Part shown: positions 40,885-51,000 of the stretch, one piece after another
Layout of the letters: the number at the start of each line of letters is the position of its first letter
How positions within the stretch are numbered: position 1 is the first letter of the stretch
Assembly: GCA_965662895.1 (NCBI GenBank)
Contig: CBFIJH010000004.1
Location: 32,001 to 96,000, forward strand
Direction: 5' to 3'
Length of the DNA stretch: 64,000 bases
Source: Candidatus Poseidoniaceae archaeon
GTDB taxonomy: Archaea > Thermoplasmatota > Poseidoniia > Poseidoniales > Poseidoniaceae
Program-made: the position numbers and the translations under genes
The notes under the pieces: generated by a model
The model's database searches: none
What the model was told of the DNA's origin: nothing
The model's input: only the letters and a program-made list of their open reading frames with translations

Positions 40885-42123
40885 CTAGCAGGTGTTCATA
40901 TCCCACGGGCCCTCTTTGTTTGCTTCAAAGTCAAGATCCCAGGAAACATCGTCTTGGATGAGAACCAAATCATCACCAGAACTCAATGAATTTGTGATGG
41001 TTACTTGGAAGGTATAACAATCATCTCCATCGTAGAATGTATCCAAGTCAAGGTACTCGGTTCCAACTTGATCCGTCGCAGGACCAGGCATCAAAAACCA
41101 GCCGTTCACGCTAACACTTGAATCGCCTCGACAGGATGTCGCAGTCGTTCCTGAAACTTCGATGTATGGGAATCCATTTTGGGCAGAGGGACAACCTTGT
41201 GAACTGGATTGCCCATAAACGACGGTGTTGCCTCGCTTGATGACCATCTCAAGCGTGTAATCACCTTCCACCCAAATCCCATTTGCGTCGGTGTGTCCTC
41301 CGCCATTTTCGTGCGTGTGTGAAGTTGGTAGCAAACCAGCCATCATTTCAACAACAATTCCATCGATTTCGGTAGAAGTATCACCGTTGCTGGTCTCTGT
41401 TTTTGTTTTGGGCGTAATCTTCACTCCTGAATCAAGAACTTCTCTTGTCATGAATTCAGGATTAATATCGATGGTCTGTGTGGTATCCCCACTGGTAACT
41501 GAAATCTGATACTCGATTGCAGGAGTGGTTGGGCAACTTCCCGAGTTGCATTGCCAAGCATTACCAACAAAAATTTCCGATATAGCAACCGTAAATCGAG
41601 CTGATTCAGCGTTGAGTTCTTTGCTCTGTGACCATTTCTCAACGCCATCAGCGGTGATGACTGCATCAACAGAACTGGCAGAACCGATAACACGGAAGGA
41701 AATCTCATCGGAGTCTTCTTTTAATTCGAGATCACGAATACCAAAGGATCCACTATCAGGCATAATCATTGAAACACCATATGGGCCTGCAGCAAGAAGG
41801 ACTGCAAGTACCGCTGCGCCACCCATCCGCACCGGATTAACGCCTTCTTCAGACATGTTTTGGCCGGCATAGAGTGCACCGATTCCGATTACCAGCACGC
41901 TTAGAACAACAATCAGGCCCCAAGAGCCTCCCTGTAGGGAGAGTAGACCGCCAACAACGATGATTGCCCAACCTATCGAAGTGAGGATTGTTGGGATGTC
42001 CGGTCCATCGTTTGGTTGAACGTTGGATAGTCCGCCGGCAGCTTCTGGCTTGACTTCATGTTCCACAGATTTGGATTGGGCTGTTTCTTCTGCTGCTGTA
42101 GCCTTGCTCAAGAGTCCACTCAT
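40885..42123 (-). CDS. Membrane protein (3 N-terminal TMs) with an extracellular Cys-containing domain
   Basis: 412 aa; hydrophobic segments at about aa 45-120, then an acidic beta-rich domain. Confidence 0.72.
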   Translation of the reverse strand: MSGLLSKATAAEETAQSKSVEHEVKPEAAGGLSNVQPNDGPDIPTILTSIGWAIIVVGGLLSLQGGSWGLIVVLSVLVIGIGALYAGQNMSEEGVNPVRMGGAAVLAVLLAAGPYGVSMIMPDSGSFGIRDLELKEDSDEISFRVIGSASSVDAVITADGVEKWSQSKELNAESARFTVAISEIFVGNAWQCNSGSCPTTPAIEYQISVTSGDTTQTIDINPEFMTREVLDSGVKITPKTKTETSNGDTSTEIDGIVVEMMAGLLPTSHTHENGGGHTDANGIWVEGDYTLEMVIKRGNTVVYGQSSSQGCPSAQNGFPYIEVSGTTATSCRGDSSVSVNGWFLMPGPATDQVGTEYLDLDTFYDGDDCYTFQVTITNSLSSGDDLVLIQDDVSWDLDFEANKEGPWDMNTC

Positions 42124-42205
42124 CTTCTCAACTCATAAGTATCCTCGCATGGATAGGTTATGAACCCAACCCCAACAAGAGCGAGCATTTGTGAGAATTC
42201 ACAGG

Positions 42206-43153
42206 TTACAGGCCAGGAGCGGCTTCACGCCATTCCTCTTCCTCGTCATCGGCATTGATGAAACGTCGACCGGCGACAGCAGCAGCCAAAGCCACCATGG
42301 AAAGTGCAGGAATGATTTCAAAGCCCGGAAGATAGACTCCACGAACATAGATTGTGATCATTTGTGATTCACGGTCACAGCCACCGTTCTTACAGGAGAA
42401 ATCCGACTCTGCGTAGAAGTCAAGCGTGTGGTACGCATCGCTCCAACCTTGTGTCTTTGGCGTGCGGACTTGAATTCGAACCTTCGCAGGAGCAACCATC
42501 GGCTCAACGTTGACCTTGCTGATTGGGATGTTGATGTTGAATCCTGCATCCTGAAGAGATTCACGGGAGTTTTCAGAGATTCCGACCTTCATGAAATCGA
42601 ATTGGTTTCCGAGGTTGTAAACTTTGAATTCAAAATCCTTGTCGGTCTTTGGCATCAGCTGAACGAACGGTTCGACCGCTTCGACTTGCAAAAGAGCGTA
42701 TTGTGTGATTGATACAATCATGTTTGCACCCGATGTTGCTTGGTTTGCAGGAGGAAGACCTTGTATTTCTTGGACACTGCCTTGGACGACAAGACTACGT
42801 GCTTGCATGGTCATGAATTGTTGTGCACGGACAACGACTTGGAAGTCTTCCTCACTGTTTGCCCCGACGTAAAGATCACCGGGCGCAGCGGCGGCAAGCC
42901 CGTCAGATGTAACAGAAAGGGCAACTTTTTCGATGTACGCCGTCGGGTTTGACGCCGTACAAGTCGTAAAGCCGACCAGTGTTGAACCAGGCTTAACATC
43001 GACCTTTATTTCTGCGGGCTGACACGTAATCGAAATCGCAGCAGTTGGTACTTGTGCCTGTGCAGGAACCGCAACGAGTAGCAAAGAAGCAAGGTAAATC
43101 ACAAGGACTGTAAAGGTACTCTTTCGTGTGGACATCGTGCTCACTAACTTCAT
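42206..43153 (-). CDS. Secreted Ig-like protein with a PGF-CTERM-like sorting signal (choice-of-anchor T-like)
   Basis: Signal peptide; C-terminal 'LPGFEIIPALSMVALAAAVAGRR'. Confidence 0.72.
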   Translation of the reverse strand: MKLVSTMSTRKSTFTVLVIYLASLLLVAVPAQAQVPTAAISITCQPAEIKVDVKPGSTLVGFTTCTASNPTAYIEKVALSVTSDGLAAAAPGDLYVGANSEEDFQVVVRAQQFMTMQARSLVVQGSVQEIQGLPPANQATSGANMIVSITQYALLQVEAVEPFVQLMPKTDKDFEFKVYNLGNQFDFMKVGISENSRESLQDAGFNINIPISKVNVEPMVAPAKVRIQVRTPKTQGWSDAYHTLDFYAESDFSCKNGGCDRESQMITIYVRGVYLPGFEIIPALSMVALAAAVAGRRFINADDEEEEWREAAPGL

Positions 43154-43213
43154 CCAGCCAATCGACCCTCATAACCATTGTGTCAGAAAGTGCCGTTACA
43201 CTTGGCGAAAGAA

Positions 43214-43287
43214 TGGGCCTGAAGGGATTTGAACCCTTGACCGCCCGGTTATGAGCCGGGTGCTCTAACCAACTAAGCTACAGGCCC
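43214..43287 (-). tRNA. tRNA with CAT anticodon, most likely tRNA-Ile2 (AUA-decoding) rather than Met
   Basis: GGGCCTG TAGCTTAGTTGGTTAGAGCA CCCGG-CTCATAA-CCGGG CGGTC AAGGG-TTCAAAT-CCCTT CAGGCCC A; Ile-like GGGCC acceptor; no encoded CCA. Confidence 0.93.
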
Positions 43288-43311
43288 TTGACCGTCCGGT
43301 GTAGAGGTCCT

Positions 43312-44619
43312 TCATGAGTTTGCCGAATCAAACATTGCCAGAGAGGATTGGGAAGGTTTGGTTTTGGAACGTACCAATGCTTCGCATGCATCGCGAATTT
43401 GTTCGGGGACGAAAACAAGAATGCGTTCATCCGTTTGTGTTAGTGATCGGATGAGTGGAGAATGCTCTGCAGCATCACGGCCATCTTCGAGAATGATGCC
43501 TTGTTCATAAGGCATGTATCCACGCTTACGTATCGATGCCGTGATGAGGTCATGTTCCGCATCGAAGCCTTCCTTGCGAAGAACTTCAGCAACTTCATAT
43601 TTCACGACTTGAAACATCTCAGAGGTCAAGGATGAAATGCGCAGAGATTTGTGATAATCTCTTCGGGCTAGTAAGCGGGAAGCAAAACCGGACAACACTT
43701 GATCTTCATGGTTAGCAAAGCGTCCGATTGCAACTTTGATGTGCGAATCATGCAACGAGGCGTATTGCTCTGGAGTCAGCGATTGATTAGTTAGCATGTG
43801 CTGTATTTCTTCCTCGACCTCAAGTTGCCCAAGGGACACGAGTTCTTTTGCCCGAGAAAGCATCCGAACAAGGTAGGATTGCGTCAGCATGTTGACTTTG
43901 TGAAAGTAGACTTGATTGTACATGTGGTATCGGGTAACCAGGTAGGCCTCAATGGCCGGTAAGCCCCATGATTTAACGTACAGTCGGCCATCGTCGTTGA
44001 CGCGCAATGCCCTGATGACTCGGGCACTGTCAAACCCACCTATTTGTGCACCGGTATTGGCTTGGTCACGAATCATGTAATCCATGCGATCCACATCGAG
44101 CTGACTGCTAATAATTTCTTTGAGAAATGGAGCGATGGGTTCACCGTTGCATTCCAGTTGACCATCGAGAAGAGCAAAAAGACGTTGTTTACGTTCGACG
44201 CCGAGGACATCCTTGAGAACTTTCCCGATTTCGGAATCCTCGCTTTCAAGAAGAATCCTACCCCAGTGTTCATGAGAATGAAACGTCGCAAAAACCTCTG
44301 GTGTTTCCAAGAGGTGAGAATAGGGAGGGTGACCAATGTCGTGGAGAAGAGCACCAAGTTGTACAAGTTCTGCATCTGCATTGGATAAAAGACCCGGTTG
44401 GACTTCTTGAATCGAGGAAGTTAACTCACATGCGAGATGATATGCACCCAATGAGTGTGCGAAACGGGTGTGCGTAGCTGACGGGAAGACGAATTCGCAG
44501 GTCGAAAGTTGTTGGATGTTTCTTAATCGTTGAAACTCTTGGGTGTCAATGATGCGTGCGTGATGGGCCGGGACCAAGATGTCCCGATGAATTTCATCGC
44601 GAATCACACGGTCTCGCAT
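43312..44619 (-). CDS. HD-domain phosphohydrolase, SAMHD1/YwfO-like dNTP triphosphohydrolase family
   Basis: 'IRDEIH', 'FQRLRNIQQL', 'HTRFAHSLG', 'LLHDIGHPPYSH', 'LDVDRMDY' and 'MYNQVYFHK'. Start moved to ATG 44619. Confidence 0.9.
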   Translation of the reverse strand: MRDRVIRDEIHRDILVPAHHARIIDTQEFQRLRNIQQLSTCEFVFPSATHTRFAHSLGAYHLACELTSSIQEVQPGLLSNADAELVQLGALLHDIGHPPYSHLLETPEVFATFHSHEHWGRILLESEDSEIGKVLKDVLGVERKQRLFALLDGQLECNGEPIAPFLKEIISSQLDVDRMDYMIRDQANTGAQIGGFDSARVIRALRVNDDGRLYVKSWGLPAIEAYLVTRYHMYNQVYFHKVNMLTQSYLVRMLSRAKELVSLGQLEVEEEIQHMLTNQSLTPEQYASLHDSHIKVAIGRFANHEDQVLSGFASRLLARRDYHKSLRISSLTSEMFQVVKYEVAEVLRKEGFDAEHDLITASIRKRGYMPYEQGIILEDGRDAAEHSPLIRSLTQTDERILVFVPEQIRDACEALVRSKTKPSQSSLAMFDSANS

Positions 44620-44710
44620 AGTAAATGCTGTCAATGCATCGCATTTCAAGGCATCTCCTACCAACGAGGCCGAGGAAAAGGATATTCTCTCTAGAGGTTT
44701 ACGACGAATC

Positions 44711-46453
44711 ATGGCAGAAGGTCTCAAAGGCTTCCTTGCTCGACTGTCGACCGATGATCCCGAAACCAACGGTCCAAGATTATGGGTCATGTTTGCAATT
44801 TCCTTGTTTCTTGTTGCGACGCTCAACTGGTACGCAATGGTCCGGGAACCTTCCGTTGTCGACGTTGATGAGCTAACGGATTACGTCAATGAGGTCGTCA
44901 AGGTCGAAGGACAGCTTATCTCTTGGGTAGAAGATCCATACAATTCGGGCGACGACCGTCTCGACGCAATCATTGACGATGGCACTGGTGTCGTCGAACT
45001 TCGATGGTACCGTCCAGCGGAGCTGCCACCCATCGGCACGAATGTTACCGTCATTGGTGATGTCATCGAGTACGAAGGAAGGATGTGGCTTCAAGCGCTC
45101 GGTGCAGGAGCGATGAATTGGGACCAAGATGACATCCCAGATGCACCATTACTTTCAATTTCGGATGTTGCTCTCGAACCTGAGGCATATGCAGGTGAAG
45201 TGATTCAACTCACTGGGTTCCTTTCTGAATCAATTGCACCGGATGTGTCGTTCAACAGCGCATACCTCGGCGACCATCCTACCTACGGAAATTCAGAACA
45301 CCAGATGCACATGATCATGCATTCATCGACAGGTGAATGGATTGAATCAGGGTCGAAAGTCACCGTACAAGGAATCCTGTCTTACCAACAACGCGACCTT
45401 CGGTGGAGCATACACGTTCAAGGTCCTGAAATTCTTCTGGATCGAAATCATCCGGTTGAAATCCCATTGTTGGACTGGGCCGGCCAATCCGCATGGATGT
45501 ACCAATCTGGAAGTACCGTCGATGTCGCTGGTGTTCTTTCCATCGACGAGGGCGATTGGTGGCTAACCGGTTCTGCAGGCTCTCCGCTTTGTGTCTTGCC
45601 AAGTGACGATGATCGAGACAACGCTGAGCAATGGAGTGGACTTGCCATACAAATGCGAGGACGTTTGGTCTGGAATACGGCGATTTCTTCCTGGTGTTTG
45701 GATAAAGGTGGTTCAATGAACGAGGCATTAACTGCGACATCGAGCATCGATGACTTGTTGTTGCTTCTGAGCGCAAACCCGAGTGAAGCCCTTCAAGACT
45801 CGAACAAGCGGTATGTCGTTTCGGCCTACATGAAATACGCTCTGGAACCCAGTGTCGAAGACGAGGGCGCATACTTCGTCGATTCACCAGGCTACACACC
45901 GGGTTGGACGAGCATCGCCGTAACAATCCCGGGGCCAAGGTCTTCTTGGCTCGAAGCTGGACAGGAAATTGTCGCCAATGTTTCCGTTGCGTGGGATGAC
46001 GAAAACATGCGGGTAGAATTGCTTGTTCACGAATATTCAGAGGGACAAAAGGCCAATCCGATGAATCTTCTTTGGTCCGATGGTGCAACGAACTGGGGGT
46101 ACGACAAAAACAAGATTGTGCGAATCAATGGACTCGCTACAGAGGATAACGGAACGTGGTACCTTTCCGAGCCTGGCAGCGACAAGCGCATCCTCTTGCA
46201 GGCCGTGAACAATTGCATCGGATTGGACGAATTGCACGTTGGCACGGCGATGACATGGGAAGGTCGTCTGCGACAAGCAGAGGATGCAAATTCGTTGACA
46301 ATGGTCTACACATTAAACGACGCAGATGTCGATGATAACGACAATGATGGATTAAGCGACGCACTTGAATCAGCATTTGGTACAAGTTCCAACACGGAAG
46401 ATACGGATGGCGATGGTACGAGCGATCGTCAAGAATACATCGAACAATCCTAG
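44711..46453 (+). CDS. Membrane-anchored extracellular protein with about 5 tandem OB-fold-like repeats and C-terminal DxDxDG motifs
   Basis: TM at about aa 23-42; repeats begin 'NEVVKVEGQL', 'GEVIQLTGFL', 'GSTVDVAGVL', 'KRYVVSAYM' and 'KIVRINGLA'. Repeat 1 has the OB-like 'IIDDGTGVVEL...IGTNVTVIGDVIEYEG'. Confidence 0.7.
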   Translation: MAEGLKGFLARLSTDDPETNGPRLWVMFAISLFLVATLNWYAMVREPSVVDVDELTDYVNEVVKVEGQLISWVEDPYNSGDDRLDAIIDDGTGVVELRWYRPAELPPIGTNVTVIGDVIEYEGRMWLQALGAGAMNWDQDDIPDAPLLSISDVALEPEAYAGEVIQLTGFLSESIAPDVSFNSAYLGDHPTYGNSEHQMHMIMHSSTGEWIESGSKVTVQGILSYQQRDLRWSIHVQGPEILLDRNHPVEIPLLDWAGQSAWMYQSGSTVDVAGVLSIDEGDWWLTGSAGSPLCVLPSDDDRDNAEQWSGLAIQMRGRLVWNTAISSWCLDKGGSMNEALTATSSIDDLLLLLSANPSEALQDSNKRYVVSAYMKYALEPSVEDEGAYFVDSPGYTPGWTSIAVTIPGPRSSWLEAGQEIVANVSVAWDDENMRVELLVHEYSEGQKANPMNLLWSDGATNWGYDKNKIVRINGLATEDNGTWYLSEPGSDKRILLQAVNNCIGLDELHVGTAMTWEGRLRQAEDANSLTMVYTLNDADVDDNDNDGLSDALESAFGTSSNTEDTDGDGTSDRQEYIEQS

Positions 46454-46461
46454 GTGATTTG

Positions 46462-47964
46462 ATGATCGAAGCCTACTTCCATGAACTCTGGTGGCTCTTG
46501 GGCGCCTTGTTCTTTGGAGTCATGCTTGGTTCGCTCACAGGACTCATTCCAGGTTTTCACGTCAACAATGTTGCATTGATTCTCCTTGCTGTTTCTCCAG
46601 GATTGCTGGAATTGGGCATACCCCTATCAGCCGTCGCAGCGATTATTGTATCAACGGGAACCGTTCACACATTTTTGAATTACATTCCCTCTGCGCTCAT
46701 CGGCGCACCTGATGGAGATACAGCGTTATCGTTACTTCCAGGGCATCGGATGTTGCTTGCTGGTAATGCTGCACGTGGTGTTGCATGGTCAGCTCGAGGA
46801 TCCCAACTTGGTCTGTTTCTATCTTTGCCCCTTATCGTTGTTGCTCGAATTGCCTTCGGCCCTGAGCTCAATTGGTACGACGGACTTCGAGACTGGTTGC
46901 CCGTTATTCTTCTCGTGATATCCCTTCTGCTTCTCGCAACCGAAACCACCCGTCTTGATTGGCCGAAATGGGTACAAAAGGTAACGGGAAAGCGTCTCGG
47001 AAAGGACAGTCGGCTTGCTGGTTTCTTTGCTGCAACCGTCTTCTTCTTGCTTGCTGGATTGTACGGATGGGCTGTGTTCGAACTCCCGGTCGATAGCCCA
47101 GTAGGTATGCCATCGCCTTCCTTGTTGCTTCCGAGTTTAGCGGGTTTGTTTGGTATCGCGAACCTTCTCGACATCTATGCGACCACCAGCCATCTCCCTC
47201 CACAAAAAGAGAACTGGGATTTGCCCCCGGTTAAACCGCTCATTGCGCCGTGTTTCTGGTCAGCCGTTGCCGGTGCAAGTATGGGTGTATTGCCCGGTAT
47301 GACCGCATCCCAAGCAACCGTTCTCGTCATGGGTGGCCGCAATGTTGCGGCAAAGGTGCAAGGAAAGGAAGGATACGGTATGGACTGGGAAACCCGACGC
47401 TTAACGGAACTCAGCGATGAGGAATTGTTGGAAATTGCCGTTGCAGAAGCAGAGGATGGATACGAAGGTCCGCAAACGAAGCAAGATTTGGAAGTCATTG
47501 CGATTCTTTCAGCCGTAAACACAGCTGTCACAGTCATGGTCCTTGGATTCTTGTACATCATTGGTCGATCTCGTTCTGGTGCAACACTTGCCTTGAAAAT
47601 GATGTACCCGATTGAAACGTGGAACTCAACGCAGCCCACTGCCGACTTTGTGCGACTTCTCGCTGTAACGCTTGCAGCCGGAATCATGGCGATGCCGATC
47701 ATGAAAATTGTTGGGAAAGGCATGCTCAGGCTCCATGCTGCTATTCCTTTGCAATCAATGGTCATGGGCGTCATCATTTTCGTCACAGCATTGGTATGGC
47801 TTTCGACAGGATTCGTCGGCATTGGCGTCCTCATTGTCGGAACCATTCTCGGACTTATGCCTCCACGTATCGGGATTCGACGAAGCCACGGAATGGGAAT
47901 TATCCTCGTTCCCATTATGATTTACACCTTCGCACAGATGGCAGACAGCTTCGGTTTCATCTGA
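46462..47964 (+). CDS. Archaeal TctA-family (DUF112) multi-pass permease
   Basis: 'GSLTGLIPGFHVN', 'HTFLNYIPSALIGAPDGDTALSLLPGHRMLLAG', 'LAGLFG' and C-terminal 'IRRSHGMG'; GGTGA SD before ATG 46462. Confidence 0.88.
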   Translation: MIEAYFHELWWLLGALFFGVMLGSLTGLIPGFHVNNVALILLAVSPGLLELGIPLSAVAAIIVSTGTVHTFLNYIPSALIGAPDGDTALSLLPGHRMLLAGNAARGVAWSARGSQLGLFLSLPLIVVARIAFGPELNWYDGLRDWLPVILLVISLLLLATETTRLDWPKWVQKVTGKRLGKDSRLAGFFAATVFFLLAGLYGWAVFELPVDSPVGMPSPSLLLPSLAGLFGIANLLDIYATTSHLPPQKENWDLPPVKPLIAPCFWSAVAGASMGVLPGMTASQATVLVMGGRNVAAKVQGKEGYGMDWETRRLTELSDEELLEIAVAEAEDGYEGPQTKQDLEVIAILSAVNTAVTVMVLGFLYIIGRSRSGATLALKMMYPIETWNSTQPTADFVRLLAVTLAAGIMAMPIMKIVGKGMLRLHAAIPLQSMVMGVIIFVTALVWLSTGFVGIGVLIVGTILGLMPPRIGIRRSHGMGIILVPIMIYTFAQMADSFGFI

Positions 47965-48031
47965 GAGAATGAGGATTCTCCGTACCAAAAGATATGAGGG
48001 GGAAGGCGCTGGATGGAATCAGTGATGCCTT

Positions 48032-51000
48032 ATGCGTTTTGAAACAATTTTTCTCATCAGCCTGATGTTGTTGGTACCACTTACCCCATTGGTGGAACCT
48101 GCAGAAGCAACCTCGGCTCGCGCTCAGCCTTGCGGTGGTTCAGTTTGCATCAACGAAGTCATGCCGAATCCGAACGGGTACGATGATGCAGCATGGCCAA
48201 ATGGTGAGTGGCTCGAATTGTACAACGGTGGAACATCGTCTGTCGATGTACGAAATTGGTATTTCTCAAACAAGGCTTCGAGAATACTGACGCTGAATTC
48301 GGCTTCCATCGTTGGTTACAATGCAAGCAATCCATCAACATACACAATCGCTCCAGGCGATTACATGATTGTAGCGCGAAACGCCTCAACCAATTTCTAT
48401 GTTGCGAACTCGAATGATTTCATGACGCTGTACGATTCATCAAACGGTTGGGTTGATGAAGCGACATGGAATTCAACTTCAAGTGGAGTAAGTTTGGAGG
48501 AAGATCCATCAAATGCCTACAACGATTGGATACCTACGTCCAATCCGACCCCCGGTTCTGTCAACACTGGAGGAGGCGGAGGTACCGGTGGACCAACGTA
48601 TGCACAAAGCGATGTCATCATCAACGAAGTCATGGCAGATCCATGGCCAAGTTATGACAATGCTACCTGGCCTAGTGGTGAATGGGTTGAATTGTACAAC
48701 AACGGAACCTCGGCCATCGACCTAGCCGGATACTGGTTGCAAGATGTTGCTGGAAATATGATCACGCTCAATGAAAATCACCTGATTGGCGCATCGACTG
48801 ATGCCTCTTCCTTCCTCATCCATCCTCAAGAGACACGAATCGTTGCGGTGAACTCCACCACGAACAGCGGCGTCTTGAACAACGGACAAGAAACGTTGCG
48901 GTTGTATTTGGCAAACGGAAGCATCGGCCATGAGGTTCTGTGGAGTTCGAATCAACCCGGATTTTCACTCGAAGCCTCATCGACTGGAACAATGTGGCAA
49001 TACTCGACCTACCCGACTCCAAACGCCACGAACGCACCGAAAATCGAACAAATCACCTCAGCAGGCGATGTCGTCTTGAACGAAATTTTTCCAGTCAGCA
49101 CAATGGATGGAACCGCTGCGCCTGATGGTGAATGGGTCGAATTCTACAATGGTGGTATTGTTGATGTTGATCTGTATGGATGGTCAATCATTGATGGTAT
49201 GGGGAACGTTACCTTCCTCGATCCCGGTTCAATCGTTGTCAACAGTTCTCAAGGGAGCACGATGATTCACGCCGATGAGCGACGACTCGTTGAATTCACA
49301 GGCGACACGCGTCTCTGGGACAATTACAACCATCTCGTGATTCGAGATTCAACTGGAGCGATTGTCGATATGGGACATTACACGACCAATTACGGACCAG
49401 ACATCTCGTTGTTGCGAGGACAAAATTACCATGACCCGTGGACGCCATCGATTACGCCTTCACCGGGACAACCTGAACCCACACCGACGCCGACCACTGG
49501 TGATGTCAAAATCACGGAAGTTCTACCTGACGCTGTGGGAAGTGATTCGGCGTCCTACCCGAACGGTGAGTGGATTGAAATTCGAAACATGGGCACTGAA
49601 GAAGTCGATGTTGCCGGTTGGAGGTTCTCAGCCGAAAATCGAAACCTGATTCTTCATCAATACAACATGCCATCAAAATCGGACACTGTCCTCCAACCCG
49701 GAGAAACCGCACTAATCGCTCTCAATGGCACCTCCCAATTCTATCTCAAACATACAACACCTGACCAAATTTTCCTTAACGATGGCAACGGAGTGGTCGT
49801 CCACAGCGCTCAGTGGACACACACGCTCGAAGGTGGCTCTCTCATCAACAACACTGAATCTCATGCGGGTGCAGGGCCCAATGGAGCCAATGCACCCTCT
49901 TCATCAACAACTTGGGGTGTAGACGATTGGATCAACAGCGCTTGGGCAACTCCGGGAGAAGAAAACCCGAAATGGCCTGAATACACTGAAAGCGAGAATG
50001 TTTTGGTAACCGAGATCGCCACATCCTGTGACCTTCCGACATTCCAGCCAGCAGCTGATTGGATTGAGGTATACAATGACGGAGAATCCGAAGTCAATCT
50101 CAGTCGCTGGATTCTCCAAACCGACTACAGTTCCAATCCTCTCATGGGGCGTCAATTCATTGATGCAAGCATGGTTTGGGATTCAACATCCACGGATGTC
50201 CTCTTGCAACCTATGGAACGAATGGTTGTCGAACTTGAACACGATATTTTCGGACCTGATTTGGACGATGTCAGCGCGATGAATCTCCTCAATCCTGACG
50301 GTGACCTCGTTCTCACGATAGCACCCCCTGTTTCGCATCTGAGTACAACTTGCGCGACGTATGGATACAACTCGACCAATGCTGAATGGCTGGAGTTCCT
50401 GTGGCCAACTCCGGGCTCGCCTGAGCCAGATGCGACAATGATGGCTTCGCTTGATGACATCAAATTTAGTTCCATTATGTGGGACGGTGTCTCCTCGATA
50501 TCAACCGAAATGGAATTTTTCGAATTAACGAACATCGGGACGGATACAGCCATTCTCAATGGTTGGTCAATACGTCGAATTGCTTCAGATGGCACATCGT
50601 TTGAATCGCAAATAACCAACCTCGAAATCGATGCTACCTCCTCTGTCAAGTTGTCAAATGACGTTACAGCCCTCGAGTTGTTTGAAGGCGGAGAGATTCT
50701 TGACATGAGTGCTGCCATGGAAAACCCAATCTATCTTCTCGACAGTGGAATGGCACTGCAACTGATTCATCCAACTGGAGTCGTTGCTGATACGATTGTC
50801 TACAAGAATGGGCCCGTCGAAAGTGAAGGTTGGAGTGGCGTGGCCCTCTCTGAACCTGTGAGTGGTATTGACAACCTCATCCTCTACCGAGGAGATGGTT
50901 GTGGGATCTTAACAGATACCAACCAATCCACCGATTGGCACCAACGGTGGGGACGGTTGGGTGCGAGCGATTTCTGTGCCGAAAGTGGATTCGATGATGC

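Noticed and set aside
44620-44826. 69-aa N-terminal extension of the HD protein overlapping the OB-fold gene
   Set aside because: Family similarity starts at MRDRVIRD (44619), so the extension is an ORF-caller artefact.
47175-47915. Long antisense or alternate-frame ORFs (also 39497-40321, 45360-46088, 56611-57234, 59568-60215)
   Set aside because: They are shadows of well-supported genes and carry no recognisable motifs.
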